Shown: one piece after another, positions 1-10,560 of the stretch
Position numbering within the stretch: position 1 is the stretch's first letter
Layout of the letters: the number at the start of each line of letters is the position of its first letter
Assembly (NCBI GenBank): GCA_020536535.1
Contig: JAHLWZ010000475.1
Location: forward strand, 5,684-69,683
From: Pelomyxa schiedti
Taxonomy: Eukaryota; Protista; Evosea
DNA: 64,000 bases
Direction of reading: 5' to 3'
Program-made: the position numbers and the translations under genes
Notes under the pieces: generated by a model
Databases searched by the model: none
What the model saw: only the letters and a program-made list of their open reading frames with translations
What the model was told of the DNA's origin: nothing

Positions 1-3000
1 CAATGCCACTGGCCTCAGTGATTCGGGAGCCCGGTTGATCAAGTTTCCTCCTGGCGCCTCGTTTGGGCCAAGCTGAAGCATCCCAGGCGCAATTCCGCCA
101 GAACCTGAAGGGTTGATGTTCACTGATGTCCCAAAGTCACAGAGCACAGTGAACTGGCCGGTGAACCCTGATCTCTCGAGGAGGAGGATGTTGTCAGACT
201 TGATGTCCAAGTGGAACAATCCCCGCTTGTTGTTGAGGTGGTCAACAGTTGCGAGAAGCTGGAAAGTGCTCTCCAGGGTCTGGTCCCTTCCAAGAGGAAG
301 GACCACGGTGGGGGCGGCTCTGGATGGTGACGCGTGGTTGGCTGCACGGCTGGTTGTGTGATGGCGGGGCTGCTGCTGTGGTCTAACTGTCACGACTGTT
401 GTTTGAACGTGCTTCTCGAGGGTTGTTGATCCAAGCTCCTGTGTGATGAACGTTGTTCTGTCATAAATTGACACGCGATCTTGGTCGTCAGCGCCCCTGT
501 TCAATGGATTTCCAGTCTCAGAGGAAACCAAGTACATCTTTCTGTCTCTGGGAATCAAGACTTCCTGTTGCAGGCACGTGAGATGGCTGCAGTTTGCTGG
601 GGGGTTTACCTGCGTGTAACTTCGGAAAAAGCTCAGGATGTTTGCGACTCCCCAGTGGGTGTTTTGTATGAGCGAGATATACTCTCTGTCAAACCGGTTT
701 CTCTGGTGCTCTGTGGTTCCAATTCCACCAGGCTGAACCACTAAGTTGAACATCATCTTCAGTGCCACACCTTGCTCCATTATCTTCCTTGGGATGTGCC
801 AATCGCTTGTTGGTTTCAGCATCACTTTACTTGTGGTCCCATTGCACCCGACTCCAATGATCTTTTCGTTGTCAGAGACGAGTAATAGCACAAAAAAAAA
901 CTGCAGGAAAAACCTGGGCAGACATAATGTCCAAGTCACCGATCTCAATTGCTCTCGTGCAGCTGAAATCAACGCATGAGGAGAACCTCTCCCAAAACTG
1001 TGTGAAATGTGGACAAACATTCAATTTTTAGATGAAACTTACCAACAATAATTTAATGTCATCACGCTGAACTTGAGTTTCCTACCCCAACACTCAGGCG
1101 TCAGAAAACAAAAACAAGGTGACAAGGTGAACTTCTACCTGCAAAAATGCCGATTTTACTGTTTTAATCAAAGTTGAGATGTGGTCCAAGCGGCACAACG
1201 AACTGCAGTCATGGCCTTCTGCTATGGCGTTTCTTGTCCCAAGCCTATTCCTGGGTCTGACACAACTGCTGTTTTGTGTGTCTTCACACATTTCTGTTGT
1301 CGTAGATATCGGGTCTGATGTTTTTCGCAAGGAATTGTTGGTTGTATGTGGGAATGGTGATACAGTCTGCAATTGCTGAGGGAACTCTTGATGCAACATG
1401 GAAGAAACAACTGAGATTATTTCAGACACTGAAGAATTCGAAAATGTGGGTCCCTGAGTTGGCAGACAGAAATGATGATTGAAATATCTTTTCCCTGGGT
1501 TGATTGGTCAATCCCCATAAAAGAAGTCTCACCCTTCCCCCATAATGGTATACCATTGGCGATTGCAACGGGACTTGGCACTGAGCCTATTCGATATTTT
1601 CGTTAGGTACGGCTTAGAGAAAGTGTGGATTTAACATGGGATGCAATTCTTTGAATCAAGGAGTTCAATGGTACTGTCAAACAAGTTAGGATTTGGCGGA
1701 AGAGGCTTATGTGCTGTTGGTATAAGATAAATGTGAAAGCCGCATTGGATGGGAAAGTATGCAACGGTGTCCACAATAACAGATGAAAGGTCCGATGGAC
1801 CCTCTACAAGCAGTAAAGCTCCCACAACCGGATTGATGAGCCAAGTGAACCAAACAAAGTGATTGCCTGATGATGTAAAAGAAGAGTGCAACAATGAATA
1901 AGAGTAAAAAAGAAGTGGGCAAAAAAGAAAGCTTACTCCCACATCTCTGACTCAGGCGGTTCTTGTTTAGGGAGTCGGTAATTTTCGATGCACCCTCATC
2001 ACCAATGCTGTTGCCTTGTTGTCGTTTTGAGGATTTTGTTTTTGTTGGTGAGTTGAACAGAAGTGTGTGTGAAGAGGGTATTTATTTGTCACATACCTCC
2101 AAGATACAGACTCACGAGTGACTTGTTTGACACAAGTGATTCGGCAATTTTCGATGCACCCTCAGCACCAATTCTGTTCCCTTGTTGTCGTTTTGAGGAT
2201 TTTGTTTTTGTTGGTGAGAGAGGGTATTTATTTGTCGCACACTTCCAAGATACAGACTCACGAGTGACTTGTTTGACACAAGTGATTCAGCAATTTTCGA
2301 TGCACCCTCATCACCAATTCTGTTCCCTTGTTGTCGTTTTGAGGATTTTGTTTTTGTTGGTGAGAGAGGGTATTTATTTGTCACACACTTCCAAGATACA
2401 GACTCACGAGTGACTTGTTTGACACAAGTGATTCGGCAATTTTCGATGCACCCTCATCACCAATGCTGTTGCCTTGTTGTCGTTTTGAGGATTTTGTTTT
2501 TGTTGGTGAGAGAGGGTATTTATTTATCACACACATCCAAGATACAGACTCACGAGTGACTTGTTTGACACAAGTGATTCGGCAATTTTCGATGCACCCT
2601 CATCACCAATGCTGTTCCCTTGTTGTCATTTTGAGGATTTTGTTTTTGTTGGTGAGAGAGGGTATTTATTTGTCACACACATCCAAGATACAGACTCACG
2701 AGTGACTTGTTTGACACAAGTGATTCGGCAATTTTCGATGCACCCTCAGCACCAATGCTGTTGCCTTGTTGTTGTTTTGAGGATTTTGTTTTTGTTGGTG
2801 AGAGAGGGTATTTATTTGTCACATACCTCCAAGATACAGACTCACGAGTGACTTGTTTGACACAAGTGATTCGGCAATTTTCGATGCACCCTCATCACCA
2901 ATGCTGTTCCCTTGTTGTCGTTTTGAGGATTTTGTTTTTGTTGGTGAGAGAGGGTATTTATTTGTCACATACCTCCAAGATACAGACTCACGAGTGACTT

Positions 3001-3571
3001 GTTTGACACAAGTGATTCGGCAATTTTCGATGCACCCTCATCACCAATGCTGTTCCCTTGTTGTCATTTTGAGGATTTTGTTTTTGTTGGTGAGAGAGGG
3101 TATTTATTTGTCACACACATCCAAGATCCAGACTCACGAGTGACTTGTTTGACACAAGTGATTCGGCAATTTTCGATGCACCCTCAGCACCAATGCTGTT
3201 CCCTTGTTGTTGTTTTGAGGATTTTGTTTTTGTTGGTGAGAGAGGGTATTTATTTGTCACACACTTTCAAGATACAGACTCACGAGTGACTTGTTTGACA
3301 CAAGTGATTCGGCAATTTTCGATGCACCCTCATCACCAATGCTGTTGCCTTGTTGTTGTTTTGAGGATTTTGTTTTTGTTGGTGAGTTGAACAAGTGTGC
3401 CGTGTTTATGTGTGAAGAGGGTATTCGTGAGCAAATGGGGCGTGTCGACACACCTCTCAGCACCAGATTGGCACAAACACACTGAGGGTGTTGCAGAGCA
3501 CTACAAAGACACGGTAGTGGTATATGGTCGCTGGTATCTATGACCGTTTTGAGGTGCAGGTCAGAGCTCAT
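1..3571 (-). CDS. LRR-array (RI/NLRC3-type, 10 exon-encoded repeats) plus linker plus PINK1-like Ser/Thr kinase; runs off the window's left end
   Basis: ATG at 3571. Exon 1 (3571-3454) ends in phase 1, followed by nine 84-nt exons (xNSIGDEGASKIAESLVSNKSLVSLYLG) and a degenerate tenth (2014-1937). Later exons splice in phase: FLQ|ETQVQRDDIKLLL|FWERF...MSAQ|IIGVGCNG...VALKMMFN...RSYTQ|EVLIP...FHLDIKSDNILL...VLCDFG...GGNLINRAPE. The GCNG, LKMMFN and GGN..APE motifs resemble the PINK1 family. Splicing between about 1430 and 1690 is not fully resolved. Confidence 0.8.
1937..3453 (-). repeat. Tandem array of 146-bp exon+intron units
   Basis: Exons at 2097-2180, 2243-2326, 2389-2472, 2535-2618, 2681-2764, 2827-2910, 2973-3056, 3119-3202 and 3265-3348. 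They are separated by 62-nt introns (GT[AG]TG...CAACAAG). The flanking introns are 82 nt (2015-2096) and 105 nt (3349-3453). Confidence 0.97.
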
Positions 3572-4348
3572 AGTGGGTGCCGACAAAAAACCGGGCCCCC
3601 CTCACTGTAATTAATTCCTCTTTACAAAAAATTGTTTTGGACACCCTGGTGGCTGCCGCACCCCATCTCACTCATTCTTGTTGGTCGCCGGCAGGCCAAC
3701 GGAGGCACCAAAAACTCGCCACTCACACATGGTGCACCTTGCTTTCTTGAGAAAAGTTTCAGGATACTGGCATTTGAGTCCAGGACTGTGATCACTCCGC
3801 CTTTTTGGGTAGGTCTGTGACGCTAATCCGGCAACTTGGTTTTTGGTTGGTGTTGTGTACCGTGGAGAACTACTAGATACGTCACGCGTCACAGTTCAAT
3901 GCAAGGTTGGCGTTCGTACGGACAGAGGGAAAAAAAAGTGCAACAACATCACCCACACACCAGACAAGCACCATCCGCATTGGGCAACCATCTGATGAGG
4001 ACTCCTCCTTATGTGAGTCCGATAATCGTATCCACCAACAGTGAAGGTAACCACACTTTTATCAGAGAGCAAGTTCCGAGAAGCAGCGAGATCATAGTTC
4101 AGGTTAACCAAAGAGCCAGAAATTCAACAACCTGTTGCACCTTCCAAGGCACACTAAGTTGAGTTCCTCAATTTTGTGTCTGTTGAGCTTTTGTGATAGG
4201 CCCAAGTCATGGTATCTATCATTCACGTGAATTTCCGGGAAAACAATCAGTTGCTCAAACAGGTATTACTTATTTTAATTTAAAAAAACCCCTCTTCATT
4301 TCGTTTTTTCCCCTTTGTGTTGGTTTTTCTTCCACAGCCTTAGTGACA

Positions 4349-5030
4349 ATGGAAACGAGGTGGGAGTGGTTATCAAACCTTTTTTTTTTTAAAAAAAAAA
4401 ACCTCTTATTTGTGTTTTGTTTTGTCTTTGTCTTGTTTAATTTGATTAATTTTTTTTATTTTGTTTTTAGTCTTGTTTTAAACTTACTGTTGTATTCCAT
4501 TTCCTCATGGTACCTAGGGCTGATTCCATGCCACACTCCATCAGACTCCAACAGACCAAGCCAAACCTACAGGTATCTTCTCTGTTTCTTTTTTGAGTTC
4601 TCACACTTTCTAACCAAGTAGTGTTACAACTTGTCAGCTGCAGAGATGACAGGCTGTCATCATCACAGTAAATCCCTCTCCTTTGTATTGTCACCCCACT
4701 CAACCATGATACATAGGTACCCAGACCCAGGCCCCAATGTGGCACACCCCATCCCCTTTCTGCATTTCCAACAGTGACACTGGTATGTGTCTTCTTTTTT
4801 TTTTTTTCCCCTGCACCTCATATATGTTATTCAGATGGTGGACCTGCTTGACAATCTATCACTAGGGTACACTCCCTTTCCCTTTTATTACCACCATTCA
4901 ACAACAACAGGGACAATGGATGCCACTGACTTGGAATTTGGTTTGTACCCTTCCCATAGCCTTCCCTGGTCCCACTAAGCTGCTGGCCAGACACCCGGAA
5001 TGATGATGGAGAGCACAGCACTGATTCCAA
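4349..5030 (+). pseudogene. Possible decayed intron-containing gene in a CpG-free tract
   Basis: ATG at 4349. GT-AG introns join exons in phase to give METRADSMPHSIRLQQTKPNLQCYNLSAAEMTGCHHHSTQTQAPMWHTP...DGGPA*. The in-phase exon structure continues past several TGA codons. No CG dinucleotide occurs between 4358 and 4995. Confidence 0.35.
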
Positions 5031-5548
5031 AGCAGAGACCCGGAATGATGGAGCCCAGCCATGACAAACAGCGCTACTTTGAGTTTGGGTATGATTGTTC
5101 TTCTACCTTCTAACTGCCAACGAAATTGTTCAGGTGGAAACATGTGGATGGCAACAGCAAGGCGTACTGCAGCCAGCCCCTTGCTCCTGTATCCTTCCAT
5201 GTGCTCCCAGGACCCCTGGCTCTGGCTACACATGCTGCCCCAGCAGCCCACTACACCTTACACCCACGCCTAAGGGAACAAAAAAAAAAGGAATAAAAAA
5301 AAGCTAGCACAGATTGGCAGAACCCGAACTGGGGCCACTGTGTACACAAATTGGGCCCCACTCTGGGCTCCCACCTCCCAAACTGGGGCCAGTTTGACTT
5401 CAGGGTGATATCACACGTAACCAATGGGAATGAGAGTGTTAATACTTCCGAAAAGAACCAGTGCATCTTTGCTACAGAAGACTGATGCTGTGTCCCACTC
5501 TCAGAGGTCGAACGTCAAAAGGGAGAAGAAAATGGTTTTCGAAGCTAT

Positions 5549-8062
5549 CTAGTATTGTTTGCTATTTCCACGTCGGCCTCGTGACGACTTCCTCCTGTTG
5601 GGTGTGTAGCGGTTGTTTCGCAACGGGTTGTTGGAATGTGAGCCCGTGCTGGTGTTTGGGGACAAGGTGGGGTCTGACTCCTCACCACCAGGTGCTGTGG
5701 AGTTCCAATAGGGGGGGTAATATACAGGAGTAACTGTCGGTTGCTGTATGTGGAAAATAGATGGGGGCTGTGACAAAGAAATTTGTGGTGGGTCCGGGTA
5801 TGCTGCTGTAAGTCCGGTGTATGGCAGCTCAGTAGTTGAAACTGGTGGCTGTATGTAAGTAGCTGGAAAGAATGATCTCGGACCAGGTCTTGTGTATTGT
5901 GGCTCAACAATTGGATGTACATAGGTTGCTTGTGGTTGCTCTTGATGTGGAGGAAGAACTTGCGGCGTCTGGAGAGGCACAGACTGAGCCAACACAAAAC
6001 TTACTTGGCTAGTTTTCAGTAGCATTAGGTAGTGAGGAACTCCATTGGCGGAGTGTGCAGATTTTAGTTCACAGGAGCTGCAAACCAACTCCTCTCCAGG
6101 GCAATTGACACACACGAAAATTTTTCCTCCTGGTTGTCCCAGTATATCTGCTACTCGCATTTCGCAGCACGAACAGTGATCAAAGCCTTCCTCAAATGTG
6201 TGCTGATGTGCCTCCTGTCTTTGCATTTGTAGATCAGCAGCGTTTTTGGCCTGCCACAGCTGTCTGACTTTTTCTTCACGCACTGTTGACAGTGTGAGAA
6301 GAATTTGGGGAAAACTTGTTGCAACATTCAGGTCTGCAATGAATGTTCAAATGGCTGAGCCCTCTTTCCTTTGTATGAACAAATTGATCAAGGCACTTCG
6401 CACAATACCTTTGTTTTGTTGGCTTTTTAGAGGAGTGGGAAGAGGACGTACTCCTGCCTGCAATGAGGGCAAGTCATATGTGCACAACCTGGGTCTTCAC
6501 CTTTTTTCTTCCACTCCTCTTGATTGAGAATCGGAACAAAGCACTTCTGACATGGAATAGATACAATTTCGACCAGTCTTTTAGCTTGCTCCTCTTCTGT
6601 GTCATGTCACATAATACAAACTTTGAAATAAAAAACCTCTTAGCTTGGATTCTAACAAAGCACGGTGTTGACTTCGGGATGCCTCACGTTCCACTTGCTC
6701 CTTTATCACTTTTTCGTATTGCGCACATGATATGAGGTAATGATAGGGATATCTTTTGCACAGAGTACAAAATTCCGTATTGCAAGTTTCTACCTGAAGA
6801 GGGTGAAAACTAGTACAAGTCATAAGATTTATTTCATACTGGGCATATTGCAAGTTCCCGTTCGTCGGGGTTTGACCGTTCAATAGTGCCACAGCAGTCC
6901 GGTTTTGGGCAACACACATAGAGGGTGGAGGAAGAGGTTACTGCCCTTAGTGACAAGTCTGTTGCATAAAAAAAATTATTCCAAGAGGTTACGAAGTTGT
7001 AAAGCTGACCTAAATATTTGTCAAAGGTGCCACCATCAACTAACTTTTGAATTTCGGTCTGTGTGTAGAGATGTTCACATGTGGGGCACTTGATGGGAAA
7101 AGTTCTGTCTTGAATCTTCCCTGCAATATATTGTTGAACGCAAGCATTGCACAAATCGTGTGCTGCACTGCAAACCGCTTGTGAAACTTACACAGGTCAA
7201 TAAGGAAACTATAATGGATGACTGTACATTTCATGTCCTCTGGAATGTCCTCCAAGCATATCTGGCAACTAAATGTTTTAATCACTGGCGCAGCTTGTTG
7301 TGGAGCGGCGACAGTCTCTTGTGTTTGTGGCCATATCTCAAAATTTACCAAATTGAATTCTACACCAGGATGCTCTGTCAGGAGATGAATTTGAAAAGCC
7401 TCGAGATCATCTTCTCCATGTTGGCGACCACATACAGGACAAGAGTAGATTCCCTGATTGTTTGTTGTATGTCCAAGTCTAGACTGCTGAAGTTGTGCAG
7501 GAGCATCAACAACATGCACGCGTGGAGAGTTGGCTGCCGCTGATTCAATTCCGGTAGGAGCAGCAACTGGGGAGCAAAAAGCAGCCTCATTGTCAGTGTC
7601 GTCATCAGTGTCACTTGGAGCGGAAAATGTTACGCCATTGCCCAGCGGTCTGGGCTGCACTGCGCGAGACTCCAAAGGAGTAGTAGCTTTTCCAGGTACC
7701 AGTAGCTCGTAAGTAGCGTTCCTCCTCGGCAAAACAAACATGCCTTCGTAAGCACCGCCGTCCTGAACGGAGAAAATATCGTCGGTTTCCCGCATCAACC
7801 CCGCACCAACGGTTTCCTGTCGTAGTCGCCACAGTGAAGGATGAGATCCGAGATTAAAGTGTCGCTCCAGATCCGCCGCAGGCACAGCCACCACTTGGTA
7901 CGGCATGAATACCCCAACGTATGGCTCCACAGATTCGTACATCTTCACCTCCAGATAAACGCCGGCGGCATTTTCCTCGCTTTGACAGCCGGCCCCGGCT
8001 GAGTTGTCATCGTCCTTGGGGGGAAGGAAATGCGCCCCGTTCGGCCCCTCGTTGCGCTGCAT
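5549..8062 (-). CDS. RBR (RING-IBR-RING) E3 ubiquitin ligase with C-terminal ZZ-type zinc finger and Pro/Gln-rich tail
   Basis: RING1 is CQICLEDI...CSAAHDLCNAC...FPIKCPTC after removing a 41-nt intron. IBR is CCPKPDCCG...ICPV..C..EFCTLC. RING2 is CQKC...PGCAHMTCPHCRQEYCAKC. The ZZ-like finger is CSCC...FVCVNC...VCSSC...H...H. An N-terminal C2H2-like motif reads CPVC...HLLTEH. Confidence 0.88.
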
Positions 8063-8322
8063 CGTTTCGTCGTGATTTTATTTATTCGTCACGTCGGGCA
8101 AGCAGCGGCTCGCGAGGTCGTGTTGGTAGATGTTTGTGGGACTTGCAGAAAACTCAAATTGCGCGCCAATTTGGTGCTTTGATTAGTCAATCTCTCACAG
8201 AGCTTCGGTAATAGGGTTGCTCAGAGGAAGTTCCAGTTGTCACCTTGGTCGTGTGGGTACACAGGAAACTGGTGTTTTATTGCTTCCAAACAAATAAATT
8301 TTTTTTCCGTGCAATCACGTGC

Positions 8323-9315
8323 ATGCTTACCATCGCAACGTCTGAGAGTCACCCAATATACGCCAATGTTGTGGGGTTGCCCACCGGTGTCCCTGGCTCA
8401 CTGGGTGCGACTCCCGTTTTTGTATTTTTGTTTGTTTTCTTGGTTGGGGCCATGCAACGTGTAATGTGCACTCACTTGAATATTCACTTTTTATGACAGC
8501 ACTCACGTATTAACGCTTACATATTCTTTTTGATTCGTTGACTGCTGTCCAGGTTGGCTCCAGGCAAAGTTCAAAAGCACTCAAAGACAAAGATGCATTG
8601 GCAGAGGTATTTCAGTACTATGTATTATATTATGAAGTCTTCAAATTACAAATTTATGTCTACCATATTTCTCCTTTTTTTTTCAACAACCACACAAAGG
8701 GATGTCCGGACAGACTTGATGAAGCTACAAAGTGACTACAACCTGTCTTTCCTCGTGACCCTGATGACCTCCCGTGAAATGGACACATGCCACATCCCGC
8801 ACCTCTTCACAACGGCCGCTGAGCTACACATCGAGACGGCCCACTACCCCATCCCCGACGGCGGAATCCCTGCCGAGGACGACGCTTCCACCTCGGAATT
8901 CCTCGCACTAGTGGTGAGACTCACAAAGGCTGTTCTATCAGGCCGCACTGTCATCGTGCACTGCCTCGGGGGTCTGGGCAGGAGCGGGACAATGTGCTGT
9001 TGTGTTCTCATCATGCTCAACAGATTCCTCTTTCTATCATCTGGAAACATAACCACTACCCCTACAACTGCAACTGCGAATGCAATTGCAGAAACCGCAA
9101 CTGGAAATGCAATTGCAACTCCCGAAACAGCAACTGCAAGTGCGCATACAAATTCGGATGGACGCAGGGAAGTTCCCCTGAGCAGTGTGATTGCCTCAGT
9201 GCAGACAGCCAGGCCTGGTGCCATCAAGAGGAAACATCAGATGGACTTTGTTGGCAGGTTCTACAACAAGGCCTCCCTCCTCACCGAAGACCGCGTCAGG
9301 CAACTAATGTCATGA
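8323..9315 (+). CDS. CDKN3/KAP-like dual-specificity (cysteine) phosphatase
   Basis: The spliced N-terminus MLTIATSESHPI...GSLALTLAPGK...WQRDVRTDL uses a 7-nt microexon at 8500-8506. It is followed by HYPIPDGGIP, the catalytic VHCLGGLGRSG motif, and RPGAI...Q..F. Confidence 0.88.
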
Positions 9316-9479
9316 TTCCTGCACGCGTGACATTAAAAAAACAAGGGCCTTCAATTCTCCAATTTCCCCAAAAAATAATGATGACCTGAATCACAGAAAC
9401 AAAGGCGAAAAAAAAAAGAAGCGAACAAACTACAAAAAAACAAAAAGAAAAAAAACCCATCGAACACACGAAGGGAGTT

Positions 9480-10450
9480 ATGTCTGACACAAGGCAGACA
9501 GCGAGATCTGGGAGCGACAACAACATGACTACGGCACATCAAGTGGCAACGCTACAGACGTTGTTCCCTAACGCGCCGGTGTTTTTGATTGAAGCCGTTG
9601 TTTCGGCGTCACGAGGAAACATGGAAACAGCCGTTCAGTTGTTATTGTCCCTTGCCGGTCCTCCGACTAACTCTCCCCAGGTTTGTTGTTTTTTTGTTAT
9701 TGTGACATTGTGCCCTTCTTCCGTGTCATTGTTTCATGGTTTTTCTTTGCGCAGTGTTCGTCTTATGCGGTGGCAGTAATTTTTTTTGAACATGTTTTAA
9801 CTTGCTTGTAGGGAAATGCTGTTTGTGGCCCACCACCACACCCACCACCGGCAAGGAATACTACTAACGGCCCTGCAACACGCACTGCCGTGGCGAATCC
9901 TCCTCCACCCCCGCCACCCGCGGTGCAGATGCCTGCTTATCCGCCGTTTTACGGGGCTCCTCCTCCACCCCCAGCTTTCCCGGGCACTGGAGTTCTCGAC
10001 GTTTCCTCACTCCTGCTGCAGGTCGAGAAGCAGCGCCAAGAGATAGAAATGCTTAGGATCCTACTGCAGCAATCACACACTCCCCCAACCACTCCCCCTA
10101 CACCCCTAATTCCAACCCCACAAATCACCTCAACCCAAACCCTACATGTAAATACAATGCCCCCGCCCCCACCCGCCCTATCAACCGCAAACACCGCGAG
10201 CACTCTAGGGACCTCCGCAACACCAGCCACTGCCTCCAGTGCACTCCACAACAGCGCCACAAACCCTGACCCTGGCTCCCAATCATGGCTCTCACGAATG
10301 GTGTATGCACCGGTCAGGACCTTTGAGCAATGCCGGGACAGGATAGAGCAGCTCACAGTAGTCCAGCAATTCCTTCTCAACCGCGTGCACCCACCCTCTG
10401 CATCCACGTCCACATCATCCAGCACACTCCCCCACTCCAAACGTTCCTAA
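9480..10450 (+). CDS. CUE/UBA-like domain protein with proline-rich region and short coiled coil
   Basis: VATLQTLFPNAPVFLIEAVVSASRGNMETAVQLLL matches the CUE pattern. Phase-0 splicing joins it to the Pro-rich ORF ending at 10450. Confidence 0.72.
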
Positions 10451-10560
10451 CAGCCAGAGTTGTAAATAATTGAGAAGAGCCCTGTTACTTCTATCTCCTT
10501 TCGTGCTGGCGTTTTACTTTTTTCTCACGTTTTCGTGATTTTACGGGAAACCGATTCGGC

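Noticed and set aside
2063-3390. Repeated + strand 96-aa ORFs (MFDTSDSAIFDAP...) and a possible CRISPR-like array
   Set aside because: These are antisense shadows of the LRR exon-intron units. The segments between repeats are near-identical introns rather than unique spacers, and no cas genes are present.
3625-5410. CAGGGTG motifs at about 3642-3648 (- strand) and 5401 resembling Tc1/mariner termini, plus a short AACTGGGGCCA duplication
   Set aside because: They point outward rather than inward, the match is short, and there is no TA target duplication or transposase.
9064-9143. Short Thr/Ala repeat (TATANAIAETATGNAIA) inside the phosphatase
   Set aside because: An ordinary in-frame low-complexity loop insertion.
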